This document shows, piece after piece, positions 52,041 to 64,000 of a stretch of 64,000 nucleotides of DNA; the first letter of the stretch is position 1; each line of letters starts with the position of its first letter. Position numbers and translations under genes: made by a program. Under the pieces are notes generated by a model. That model ran no database searches. It saw only the letters and a program-made list of their open reading frames with translations, and had not been told where the DNA came from. The stretch comes from Sarea resinae (taxonomy: Eukaryota): positions 124,001 through 188,000 of the forward strand of contig JAPEUD010000025.1 of assembly GCA_026026165.1 (NCBI GenBank), given 5' to 3'.

Positions 52041-53077
52041 ACATAGGAAACCATTATCTCATCCGATGCTTGGGCTTGTGTTTTGGTAATAGAGTGGGCT
52101 TGTTAGCAAACAATCTTATTTGTCATTCAGCAAATAACTAGGGACGACGGTGGCCAGCAAGACCTCGAGTTCCCAACTCTGCTCTTGAGTGGAGAGCGGA
52201 GGGCTTTATTGAAGCAGTGAGAACTACGGCAACATTCCAATCAACTTTGCTCGAGGCCATGTCCACCCCAGAGCGCGAAGTAATTGAAAACAGCTTTTTA
52301 ATTTTTTCAGCTCCTCTGTTCCATGTAACTGTGAACCATTGGTCGTTAGGTCAATCTTAAAGATGTTGTATATATGTAGTATGATGTGGAGAGTAGGGAA
52401 GACCTTCTTAGGGTGTCGCACGGTCAGCCTTCTCGTCACGCAGCTCAATAGCTTCCCGTTGGCTGATGAGCTTATCTTGAAATCATCAATGCTCCCAACG
52501 AAGGCGGGTGTGAATCCTCTGGCGGGGAGACGGATAGATGCCCGATTGCTTTTAAGTCAAATTGTTCCACTGTTTCCGGCATATACATGGTATATATCTT
52601 TGAATTGATACTTTACGCAAAGGGGTCCTTTGTTTTGGGTGGAGGTGTGCTGCTGCCCCTGACAGCCGCTTTGAGGGGAGCGTCGAAAATAGATAGCCCA
52701 TTGCCTATTCATCGTACGCCATCAACTCGTTCACTGCACAAGATTTGGGAACCATGATACACGATGGTAGAATAATTGCTATTCTCTCTAGCTATAATCA
52801 AATGGAGCAAGTATACCAGTCATGTTTGCTTTTCGCCGAAAGCTAGGGCATTATTCTTGCTCTCATCAATTTATGACTAGAATGATCGAAGGAATGAGAG
52901 TTCATGCTGCACAGAAGACCAAGTCGAAATGAAGACTTGATTCATCTTCCCCCACTGAACTGAAATCAATAGAAGTGTTGAAGCCACCGCGTTAGAATCT
53001 CAACGAGCTCCTTACAGACCACAGCCTCGAGTAACGCCAGGACACAGCCAAGGGGAGCGGACAATTATGCAGGCTAC

Positions 53078-56000
53078 TTAACTGCCGCGGAAGAGAAATT
53101 GCATATCCTCCGGCGTGAGCTTATCGAGGGCAACCTCATCATTGTTGATAGTACCATTGATCATGTTAGTCTTCTTCTCTTGCAACATGACCATACGGGA
53201 CTCCACGGAATCTTCGATGCAAAGGCGAGTGATGACGCAGGGGCGGCTTTGTCCGATGCGATGGCATCGATCAGCACTCTGCCATTCGGCTGCAGGATTC
53301 CACCAACTTGAACATAATTAGCTTCTAGCTTGCTTTCTATCGGGCTCAATTAATTGGATAAACTCACGGATCGACGATAAATACTCGAGATGCTTCCGTG
53401 AGGTTCAATGCCACTCCGCCAGCCTTGAGGGAGACAAGGAACACCTCAACACCGACGTTGTTCATGAAATATTCGATAGACCTCTGTCGTTGTGCTGGGC
53501 TCATGCTGCCGTCAAGCATGACCGTGTTGAATCCAGCCCGGCGAAGACGCCACTCAACTAGTTGAAGCATAGAAGTAAACTGTGAAAAAACAATGGACTT
53601 TGACGTCTTGCTTTTGTGCCTCAACTTATAGAGTTCAAAAACAAGCATTTCGATTTTGGTTGAAGACGTCCAGTCCTCCATCTTGATGCGATTAATGATG
53701 GAGTTCTTCTTTACATTATCTTCATCCTGCTCAATATCGGGCTGTCATGTCATTAGTGACAATATTTGTCATTGATACTGAAAATATACTAACCTGATCG
53801 AAATCGATGGAAAGAGGGATATGGCAGCGTGCACAGTCTGGAGTCCCTTCTGTGCCTTCGAAAGACCTTACGTAATCTTTAGCGCAGCGGCGGCAATATT
53901 CGTGATGACAACGAGAACGAATTGCTTCTTCAGCTGGCTCGTCGCAGATGCTGCAGACAAGAACATTTTGGCCTGATTCGCCATGCTTTTTCAAGATTAA
54001 ATCGGGATGATTAGCCACTTGACGCATTTGCATGATAAGACCAAATATATTGGCATCTGTGGACTAGATTAGCCGGTATTCTGAATGTCTGAAAGGGACA
54101 CTATACACACAATTGTTGAGCATCACTCCGCGAGATACATAAGTATCGAATTTGCGACTGGTGTTGGTCATGATGCTAGAAGCGAAGTCACGCTCGATCT
54201 CTCCAAAGAATTCGTTGTGAATGAGGACCTCTTTCGGGGGAAGCTCCCTGGAGTTCTGTTATCACAAAGTCGCAGACAATTATAGGAGGAAATGAAAGAC
54301 TGAATGGAGGCTTACATAGACGCAGTATGATCACGTTTCACACGCCTCAGCATTATTCTATCTGTAATGAGACGGAGCTTGTCCAATGCCTGACGGCGAA
54401 CAGCGGCATCGTCGGACGATGTGATAGGATTGAGGATCTCTTGGTTGAAAACGGACACGTGTTCGAATCCAGTATGTTTGCAGTGTACGCATGTCCTGTC
54501 CGGGGTAGTGACCCAATGAAGAACATTGCATTTGCAGCGCTTGCAAAAGTAACAAGCAAAAGGCTTAACTTCCAGGAAGCGTAGAAGAGAGAAGAATTCG
54601 CCAATGCGATTCTGAACGGGTGTGCCTGATAAGCACCACTTGTATGTACCTTTCAGAGCAAAGCATGCCTTAGCTACACTTGTAGTTCGAGACTATTTGT
54701 TCATTTGTTCATGGTAAGCAAACAATGGAAGTCAGGTAAGCTATGAATACCGTACCTTAATGCTATGGGCTTCATCCAAGATGAGCCGATGGAAATGTAT
54801 TGAATGTATGAGACTGTCAACGTCAGATCGCTCAAATAGCAGACTGAAAAGAACTTACCTGTCCGCCTTGACTTTGCCTTCTCCTCGTGTCCAGCCCTTT
54901 GTTTCCTTTCGATAAGTAGACTCTAAGCCCGAATCTAACAGGTATCATGTGAGCGTCTGCAACCGATGTAGGACAACAAAATCTAAGCTCACATGAGATC
55001 ATGATGACATCGTATTTCTAGTCACCTATCAGCAAATGGATAACCCGGTTTTGAGCAGACATCATGACAAACCTTGAGATCCTTCTTGCTCAACGACTTC
55101 ACCTTGGAATTTGAATTGTGATAGAGCAGTACTTTCAATTTTCCGTCAGTGTAGTCTTTAATTTCATTCTGCCACTGCAAAAGGTTAGTGATCACCCCAC
55201 ACACAACTTCATGGATATCGAAGATGGATTACCTGCATAAGTGCGACTGGCGGTACGATAACCAAGGTTGGGCTCTTAGCAGGATAATCCGACATGATGA
55301 GTGACACGGCTTGAATTGTCTTGCCCATGCCCATTTCATCGCCCAAAAGACCGCCCTTCCACTGAGTCTGCTCTTGCTTTCTCATCCAATTGAGGCCCTC
55401 CAATTGGAACGACTTCAATTGGCGATTAATGGAAGATGGCTGAGAAGCCGAGCTGGGAGGAATCTTAGGAATTGCTGCCAATTCTTCCCACATCGTCGCA
55501 ATCTCAGGATGGGCCTTTTCAAGTTTCTTGCGCTCCCTCTCGGCGCGAGTCATGCCGGTTGTTCTAACGCCAGCTCTTCTCCGTGGTGGTGACCTAATGT
55601 TGGCGCGTACCGGGTTTGCGTCTGAGTCCGCAGGATCTTCCTCTGGCAACGAGTCGGCGCTCTCAAAGGCATCCGAGTATAGATCACTGAGTTCTGAATC
55701 GAGATCACTAAGGGGTGACTCGTCACTGTCAAGAACCACCAATTCCTGAGTGGCTGCTTTGGCGCCGCCTGCAGCCGCCCGACGGGTTATCCTACGGGGG
55801 GGAGGCGCTTCTAAAACACTGGCGGGGCTGCCCATAGCCGCCCAACGTGTCGGACGGCGACGAGCAAGAGGTGCCGATGAGTCGCTGCGAGTGCTTTGTC
55901 TTGAAATGAAGCCTTCTTCATCATCCTCGTCGAAAGAGTCGTCAATCTTCACTTTCAAGCGCTCAGTCTCGACCTTGACACGTTTTGGGTCAGTGGCACT

Positions 56001-56823
56001 ATATTCCTTCTCTTGCAGGACACGAGCAAGTTCCGCATCCGCTGAGACGTCTAGATCATCTTCATCTAGATCATCCCAGTCATGCGGTCGTTTAATGCTG
56101 CCTCGTTGTAAGGAAAACTTGCTTGCACGTAGTTCCCGGGCACGGCTTGCGGCGCTGATCCTGTCGGAGCCAGTAGCACTGGAAAAAACGACGTCAGATG
56201 AGACACCATGGCTAAGTCGTCGTGGATGAATAGACTCTGCTGGCGTGACAGCAACACTGGTATCTGGTGTTTCATATTCACTGATTTGTTCGCTGGTTTG
56301 CTCGCCGGCTGTAGTACCAGCAGATGTTGACCTAGAGCGTTTGGTTCGGGCACTGTTGACTCTTCCGCTGCTTCTTCCGGATCTTGAAGAAGACGTCGTA
56401 GAGATGGCAACCTCCTTTAGTATCCTCCTCGACGGCATAGACGCAAATGCTTCACTAGCTTTGAAATCATCCGATGCCGTGTCATCGTATGAATCCTCTG
56501 AGTCCTCGATGCGCTTGAAAGAACTTGTGTCAGGGCCAGAACGAGACCCGCCGGATAAGTCGGTATCCATATTCCGAAGTCGAGAAGCTAGAGCTGTGTG
56601 TTAGTGGGAGTTCTCGACGGGATTTGGAACTCAAGGGACCCCGAGGAGGTTTACGAATATGACTATGATGCCTTCGTTCGCAGAGATGTTGAGTGCACCA
56701 CTCTGCTTGAGGAAATCGAGGATGAAAAGCAGGCCAATGGGCAGAAATGTTAAACTTACAAAGTCTTCGCCGGGACTGTCCGCTCGCCACTGACCCAGAG
56801 GGCATGTCCATCATGCCGGTCAT
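53078..56823 (-). CDS. rad16: DNA repair protein Rad16 (SNF2 ATPase plus RING finger); exons 56823-56760, 56593-55233, 55174-55073, 55017-54993, 54934-54859, 54813-54756, 54692-54316, 54247-54111, 54056-53794, 53741-53368, 53306-53078
   Basis: Motifs [47 protein letters not shown], the RING CSIC...C-H..C..C...[19 protein letters not shown] and [15 protein letters not shown]. The exact start ATG is uncertain because there are several near 56800-56823. Confidence 0.95.
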
Positions 56824-58412
56824 AGAGTATGATCCCCTTGATCACAGACAAAAGAAAGTCCGCGAGCGTGGTGCAAGAGAGCTATGGGAAATCCTTACTC
56901 CCCTTCTGATGCCGGCTGGATGAGGACAATAGGAATCAGATGGGAGTAGGCGGAGGAAGTGCTGTAAATTGAGGATCAGATAGGACCAAGCATTGAGGAG
57001 TGACAGCTCTGAGGGTGGTCGATAAGCGAGTCGGATAGTACGAAAATGGTTATGAAGTGTGAAGTACTAACATATATCTACTACAGGGAGTGGTACTGAT
57101 AGCTTGCAGGCCGGAGGCCATTCATTCCTACGAGGTGCTGGGAGGCGAATGGGAAAGACGGGCGGAACAGGCTATGGGGAGTGAATGTGTCTTACCGCAG
57201 TAGGTAGATTACCCTTCGAAGATTGCCTACCTTGCCGTAACTACCTTGCCTATCTACAGTACCTGACCTACCTAACCTTACCTTACCTTACCTCATGATC
57301 TAGCCCGAAGATTTGACGATCCTACTAGGTACTGCTAGGGTACGTCCTGGCACCGCTGAGAGTAAGGTAGAGTACTCTAAATCAAAAAGTGAGTTCCCTA
57401 CAGTACATAAAGTACCTTACCCGACCCGACCTTAAGGTAGGCAATAAGATTGCCGAGAAATCTGTGCATTGACTACCGTACCTAGACTTACAAGGAACCT
57501 AAGGTACCTATCTAGTACTTGATAGAGCAATACAGCCCTGCTAGCTAGAAGATAAAGGAGCAAGGTGAGGTCAAGACCAAGAGAGTAAAGGTCCAAGGTG
57601 ATTTGACGCCCGAATATCTAGCTACCTTGAGGGAAGCAGGTGTTGAATTATCTCGACGTCCGAATGTCCTAATGTCCCTCGCATTGTTGTCTTCTGGCAA
57701 TTCCAGGACTCTTCTCCTCATCTTTCCAGCTCCTGTCTAAAACAATAGGTTCCATACAGTCATCCATGTCAAGTCGGTTTGACGCGACTCACGTGGGAGC
57801 GCGTCTCCAATACATCCACCTGCAGTCAAGCTGTCCAACGCGACATAAGCGAAAGTGGTTGCAGATGTCGCTCCCGTAGGTAAGGTACCTAACAGTAGGC
57901 AAGGTATCTGGAGCTGGAAGCACTGCCAGGATGCGAGGAAGGAAGGTACCTAGAAGTAAAAAATAGTCTTTCATCGGCCTGTATCTAATTTTTGGGAGTC
58001 CTGTGGAATGACTTACTTGATTCTGTCGGAAACCACTGCGAGCCACTGCACGTCCGCGTAGCTTCATGGATGTTACCTACATTACTTCCATACTCCGTAC
58101 ATCGGGATCTGGAGTGAGAGCCCTGGAGGTAAGTTACTCCGAGGTACTGGGTACACGATCAACGACCTCACCAAAGGTACACCTGGGTACCATCCAGCTT
58201 ACAATTCCAGTCGTACCTATTGACCTCATTTACCTCACCACAGCTTTCTATCATCCCATAATCCATTTTCCGTTCAACTTGTCTCCATCAACCTCCGAAC
58301 CTTTCATTTCTAGCTGCCGCGGTCCGTCTCATAATCATCTCATCGTCGTTTGACTTGGGCAAGTACAGCGTCAATTTAAATCGTCATCTGCTATCTGGTT
58401 GCGATTGTCACG

Positions 58413-60616
58413 ATGTAAGCCACACTTCTCATTCAAGATCTCTAAATCAGTAAATAACTCGCCACTCAGGTCTCGGCGTCGTGCAGCAAACAACGCCATC
58501 CGTGGGCCGTAAGTGGATGATATTCTCTTTGATCATATCAACAACTTATCAGTATGACTGTAGTCAATCTGCCCTCACCAATTTTCTTGCCGTGAGTTTG
58601 TCCTCTCATAATTGATTTCACGGTCGCCTCCCAAATACTCATATAGTACGACCCTTTAATCTTCGCAAACTCGCTGACAGAGTCTGCTCTAGGCAAACAA
58701 CATATCCGCCGCTCAAATCCGCGACGAATACCTACGCCGCCAACAAGCTGCAGAGCAAGACGCACCCGGGGCAGTAGCTGGGAATGCAGTAGACTTGACG
58801 CAAGATGACGAAGCTGACGGACTAGCGCAAGAGTCTGTAAGCCAGAAAAAGAAAAGGAAACGACAAGAAGAGAAAGCGATAGCGAAAATAAAACAGAGCA
58901 AAGGATTCAAGCGCCGCAAGAACGGAAACGATGACAATGAAGATGAGGACGAGATTGCCTTTGACATGTACTCGAAATCCCGGCCCTTACCAGGACAATT
59001 GGAGAATTGCGAGATATGCAACAAGAGGTTTACAGTCACTGCGTACAGCAAAACTGGGCCCGGCGGAGGTCTTCTATGTCCGAAATGTTCGAAGGAGTTG
59101 GAAGCGGAGAACAAGAAGGACAAGCCTAAGAAGCAAGGCGCTACAGAAAAGCGTCGGCAGACGCAAAGTAAGCTGTTGGATGGGTTTGTCTCCAAGGGTG
59201 CAACCAGTCTAATAGAACTATGTATCAAAGTGAGTACACAGCCCTTCATTTGCTGCTAGTGGGAGCTATCAGACGTCGAGAGTTCCCGCGCACACATATA
59301 TCTTCCTATCCAGCACCTAATCTCATATTGGCTGAAGAATGTAGCCGACAATATCAATGATGTCGAAGAATTTGGAGACCTGCCACCCGTTCTGCTTGAT
59401 AGGCTGAGTCAGATTCTTTCGAAAAGGCGTGCCCTTAATTCTCGGACTCTCGATCTCTTTTTACGCCCCGATCTTGACACCGTCGCTCTTTACGATAGTG
59501 CCAGTAAGTGCCAAAATTTTCCCATGTTCACAAATACTCATGCCTGGATGCCGAGGCCTTCTTTGCAAGCTCATTAGCTAACGGATGTCAGACATCAAAA
59601 CAGATGATTACAAAAAGATATTCGCAATCGTCCCGAATGTGCGCCATCTCCTACTGGTTCACGCAGGCCAATTCAAAGATGAAGTCATCCAGTACATGCT
59701 GGAACGCAATGTGCCGATCACCAACCTTGAACTTGAAGCGGCTAATCTCGTTTCGAATGACATGTGGCGGCAATTTTTCAAAGGTCGTGGAAAGGCTCTG
59801 AAGTCATTAAAACTGACTTGGCTTGATTTCTATCTTGACGATGATTGCATCGATGAGCTTGCGGAAAGTTGCACAGACCTGCGTCGACTCAAACTTGAGA
59901 GATGCTTCAAACTTGGCCCTGCAGCATTTGACTCCTTGACAAAGTTTCGCAAGCTCGAACACTTATCGCTTCGTTTTAACAAGCCTGTCGAGGCCGAGCG
60001 CTTGGTCAAGCTTATCAGTACGCTCGGAAGCAATCTTCGCACGTTATCATTACAGAGATTCGACAACGCAAATGATGATGTTCTTTGCGCCATTCACAGT
60101 CATTGCCATCAGCTCACAAAGTTCCGTCTTACCGACAATGAACTGTGCACGGATGCTGGTTTCGTCGACCTCTTCACAGATTGGTCCAACCCCCCGCTGT
60201 CGTTCATCGACCTTTCCAGCAATCGAGACCTTGATTATAATAATCCCGATGGTCCCGAGAGGCCAAATGGATTGGCTTCTAGTGGCTTCGAAGCCGTCAT
60301 GAGACACTCTGGGTCCCGCGTTGAGAAACTCGACATTAGTTCCTGCCGGCATATCTCTCACGCTACGTTGCTCGAGGCTTTTGATGGTGTCAAGACCTAT
60401 CCCGAGCTAACAGAATTAAATATCAACTTCTTGACAAGGATCGATACACCAATCGTAGCAGGAATCTTCAAGAGCTGTCCGAAGCTCAAGAAAGTGGTTG
60501 CTTTCGGATGCTTCAATGTGAATGAAGTGTCCGTGCCTGCGCATATAGCTCTCATCGGCTTACCAAACGCACAAAATCCTATCTTGATCAACGGAGACGC
60601 CATTGGTGAGTTGTGA
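58413..60616 (+). CDS. rad7: DNA repair protein Rad7 (LRR/RNI-like); coding exons 58413-58414, 58470-58508, 58564-58591, 58693-59229, 59338-59503, 59592-60616
   Basis: N-terminus MSRRRAANNAIRGP|QSALTNFLA|ANNISAAQIR. Zn motif CEICNKRFTVTAYS...LLCPKC. SLIELCIK|NVADNINDVEEFGDLP followed by leucine-rich repeats. Confidence 0.92.
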
Positions 60617-61950
60617 GCTTGTCTGTCTTGTCGATCTGTGCGGATTGCAGAAGGCAAAGAGCGCAGCTCTGATTGTGCCATTCCTCGTGTTTTCCTAGTT
60701 CGATGAAATGAACAGCTATGCTACTATGGCGTTAACGGTCAGGCTGGGCTACTCGGGGCTAGGAATGGACTGCTCACGCAGGAGCAGGGGTAATTGCTTG
60801 CGATGTTTCGACGAGCCTTATATCTATCTTCCATTACAATCCACGAAAAGATTTAGCGTTACAATTCTTGCTATATAAGCTACTTGTAGTGGTACTGTAG
60901 CTGCTACTATGTACTAGGACTACTGTAGATGTTGTGCTACAGCGTTAACTGTGGGTAACATGAGGTAGGTACCTGCCTGGTAGGTAACGTGGGTTAGTTA
61001 CACAGAGGACCTGTACTCGTAGTCACTAGTAGCACGTCACTTTTTTGCTAATGTACGGAGTACGGAGTACTCCGTACTCTACCAAAAGTCGGCGTACCCC
61101 CGCACCGTGGAAATATACGACCAAAGCAAATTGATTCGACAACTCAACACAACGTCCGATAAAACCTAGAGCTTATAGATTGGCTCGTCAGAGTACAGCG
61201 AATGCTGTAAAGTATAATGCTGGCTTAGGTGAGTCTACTGGACGTAATGGGATCTCAATCGCGCAAAGGGGTGGCAGTGTTGATAGTAGGACAGGTAGCG
61301 AAACGGTACGCAGACTTCTGGCCACCCACAATACCTCTGTCTTGCTAAAAGCAGGTATTATAAGCTTCTGCTGTTAATATAAAGAGAGAGGTTTCCCTTA
61401 GACCTACAATAATGCAAACTCTACTAACTACGTGGCGGGCATCAGACTACATAGTATTGTTATATGTTTTTACAGAGCCAGGACATTTATTTTGCTAGAT
61501 CAGCATTAACGGTCGAGTCAACTCTGTCTCTGTCTTTTATTACCACAGGTGCCGCATGCTGAGGTGAGCTACCTAAAGGCATTACACAGCTCTCTAGCTT
61601 CGAAAGTTTACCATATAGAGATGCTAAATAGTCTCGGGACAGATGACGTTCCAGGAATCGTGCACTGGCAAAGAATCCGAGACAGGATGAATGAATATTA
61701 GACAAACACTTCCGTCACTACTCCCCTCATGTGCGGGTTCCATCCCAACCTTTCTACATCGAAACTTTTTGCTCGGTCTTGGATTCCGTCGTCGAAGTAG
61801 TAGTGACAAAAAGAGCTCATTGTACAGCTGCCTGGACTGCCAATTGTCAGACAAAGATCCCGAAAGCATCCAGGGATCTTCGGGCACACATCTCAACTTA
61901 TTGAAAATACTCGATCCCTACAACATCAGGCGCTAAGTCGAATCTCACCA

Positions 61951-62667
61951 ATGGCCAATGCCTCCCCAACATCTTGCTCCTCCTCCTCCCTCTCCCTATT
62001 ACTGCTTCTTCTTCTGCTTTCCGTCCTCCAAGTCCAGCTCACCACGGCTCAAAATGTCGGCTCCTTCTACAACGCCATCTACATCTTACCTGGCGCCAGT
62101 CCCCCCGAAGGATACAACGGCTGCTCAGGCATGGGCTACGATTCCTACTGCTGCTCAAGCGGTACCTGCGCCCTCGATGAGAGCTCCCAGATCGCCTGCT
62201 GCGCCAACGGCATGATCTGCTCCGGCTCCGTCCAGTGGATAACAACATCGACTTACAATAACGGTCAGTGGACGCCTACTGCCACTACTGCTGCAACTGC
62301 GGCGGCGGCTGCAGCAGGATGCGCCAATGCATGTGGTTTCTACAAGCAGTTGTGCTGTTCCGCCGATCAGTATTGCTATACCGATCGAAACAAGGAGGCG
62401 CAGTGTGGCGTTGGTGCCCAGACAGTGTATACGACGAGTACGATGGTAGCGGGAGTGCCACAATTGGTCACGGTGACAGAGGTCCAGACCGCGACCGTTC
62501 AGCAGGCGAGTGTCGTTACGCAAACAACGGCGCCGGCTGAGACAAATGAGGTTATTAGTGCGGGCGACGGACAGAGAGGTACTGGGCTCTTGGATGGATC
62601 TGTGCAGTCACTTCAAGTGGCTTGTACGCTTCTCTGCCTGTGGTCTACTCTGCTTCGCACAAGGTAA
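61951..62667 (+). CDS. Secreted Cys-rich, Thr-rich, probably GPI-anchored cell-wall protein
   Basis: Poly-Leu signal peptide; Cys clusters (CSGMGYDSYCCSSGTCALD...IACCANGMICSG and CANACGFYKQLCCSADQYC); a Thr-rich stalk; a hydrophobic C-terminus. Confidence 0.75.
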   Translation: MANASPTSCSSSSLSLLLLLLLLSVLQVQLTTAQNVGSFYNAIYILPGASPPEGYNGCSGMGYDSYCCSSGTCALDESSQIACCANGMICSGSVQWITTSTYNNGQWTPTATTAATAAAAAAGCANACGFYKQLCCSADQYCYTDRNKEAQCGVGAQTVYTTSTMVAGVPQLVTVTEVQTATVQQASVVTQTTAPAETNEVISAGDGQRGTGLLDGSVQSLQVACTLLCLWSTLLRTR

Positions 62668-62974
62668 GAAATATATATACAAGGGAAAAGGTGAGTGAAT
62701 GGGCGAATTGGTTTCCTGTCGACAAAGCGCGGCTGGGCAGGCCTTCTAGGGCTCGATGCGTACATGAAATGAATGACGAATTGATGACTGATGTTTGATG
62801 ATGTGGCTCCTGCTGCTTGCCTACATACATACAGCATATATACATATAGCATATTTGGAAACAGAGTATTGGTTCATCTGTATACAGGTTATTTGAAATC
62901 ACATAAACGTTAATTGCATCTCAAAAGCTCAATATCCTCTCCTGACAAAATTCGATGCGAGAATAGACACCACT

Positions 62975-64000
62975 TCAGCTGTCGGAAAGACTTGTCAGCA
63001 TCAACGTCTCGAATCGTGTATAGAGTTGCATCTGGTGCTTTCTCCGACGATGTGGTTTCAACACCCTACGAGCGTAATTCGACCCCACGCTTATCGTTGA
63101 TCCATTCCCGGGTTCCTCCTGGCATCTTTTGACAGCCTTTCTCATGGACGGCGAGAGACTATAAGCTGGATCGAAGACTAAAAGGTCGGAGGAGCCGTCG
63201 GATCGGATTTCAATGCCGACAATGGTGAGAGAATGATGCGGCCGCTGGAGGTAGATTGGCGGAAGACTCGTTTGGTGGACTTTTGATGAAGAGAGAGTGG
63301 CGGAGGATGTAGGTTGTGAATCTTTGGCATCCAGGCGGAAATACTGTTGTACGCTCGCGAGCAGAGCTTCCCAGGCACAAAACCCACCGGGCGTGTCACC
63401 ATAAGCGCCCACCTTGCAAGGTATTCCGAGGCCGCGAAACAGTGCTTGCGCCTGTACAGTAGAGAGACGATAGATGTCAAAGGCAATGAAATGAAGGGAG
63501 GGGCCCGAACAGCGGAATTTATTGTACATACCTCTGGAGTGCCAATGTACTTCCTTGTGCCTAGGATGCCTCCCGTCTCGGTCTTGCCTTCAACGTTGAT
63601 ATCCTTCGCCCAAGCGTCTTCAATCAAATCTTGCAGTCTCAATATGGAGGGATTGCCGTCGTTGAATTTGTCGTGTCCTTGGGTCTGGGCACCAAGGATG
63701 TAAGAAACCAGCATTTGGATATTGTGGTATCCGCAGAAATTGCCCTCTCTTCTAGTCTTCTTCGCAATGTGCTGCACTGCTGGATGGCAAAGGTAAACGG
63801 CCTTGACTGTGTTGTCATAGATGCACAAATTGCCAATTGCCCTTACGATACGGTCACACGCATTGGCGGCCTGCAAGGTCTGGATCGAGTTCCCCTTGGT
63901 GTCTAATTGATAGCTTGAGGGGTTCTCTGCGCGGCTTGCAAGCTGCTTGAGTAGCCGTGGGGGTATCGATGCTTCATATGCGAATGGTCCGAGTTCCTTC
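62975..64000 (-). CDS. ZUP1/ZUFSP/Mug105-type deubiquitinase (peptidase C78), 5' end outside the window; intron 63452-63531
   Basis: Catalytic Cys in GNFCGYHNIQMLVSY, then PSILRLQDLIEDAW and GGILGTRKYIGTPE|AQALF, His in PPIYLQRPHHSLTIVGIE, and Asp in LLVFDP. Confidence 0.88.

Noticed and set aside
298..56759. Spliceosomal twin introns (stwintrons) or intronic snoRNAs in the longer introns (298-487, 2438-2582, 56594-56759)
   Set aside because: I saw no nested donor/branch/acceptor set that rebuilds a splice site, and no clear C/D box pair with a terminal stem.
3913..60616. Stop-codon readthrough giving cryptic PTS1 signals
   Set aside because: None of the stop codons I checked (pyc, chc1, eIF2-gamma, kinase, hsp30, rad7) is in the TGA-CTA readthrough context; pyc ends with tandem TGA TGA.

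Overview
This is a window of filamentous ascomycete nuclear DNA, probably Eurotiomycetes. Genes are intron-rich (GT-AG introns, CTRAY branch points) and separated by long intergenic regions. I reconstructed 17 protein-coding genes by hand, with exon phases checked: a small membrane protein, a small RRxS-motif protein, pyruvate carboxylase, clathrin heavy chain, a tiny secreted GPI-like protein, eIF2-gamma, an INSIG-family protein, a CAMK-group Ser/Thr kinase, a GAP1-like amino-acid permease, an Hsp20/Hsp30, SDHAF1/Sdh6, an FAH-family hydrolase ending in SKL, a SAM+HMG-box protein, a small coiled-coil protein, RAD16, RAD7 and a Cys-rich secreted protein. A ZUP1/Mug105 (peptidase C78) gene is truncated by the window edge. 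Several of the small genes are missing or fragmented in the ORF track. I saw no tRNA, rRNA, CRISPR array or intact transposon. The most interesting observations are: (1) an in-frame, weak-context upstream ATG that adds an apparent mitochondrial presequence to Hsp30; (2) a RAD7 start codon split by an intron, so that the unspliced RNA reads ATG-TAA, within a head-to-head RAD16/RAD7 pair; (3) a candidate duplicated, mutually exclusive 20-nt exon; (4) a head-to-head Sdh6/FAHD pair; (5) a run of microexons in pyruvate carboxylase; (6) recurring GTAC/TACC-rich patches at gene boundaries. Family assignments come from remembered motifs, not database searches.
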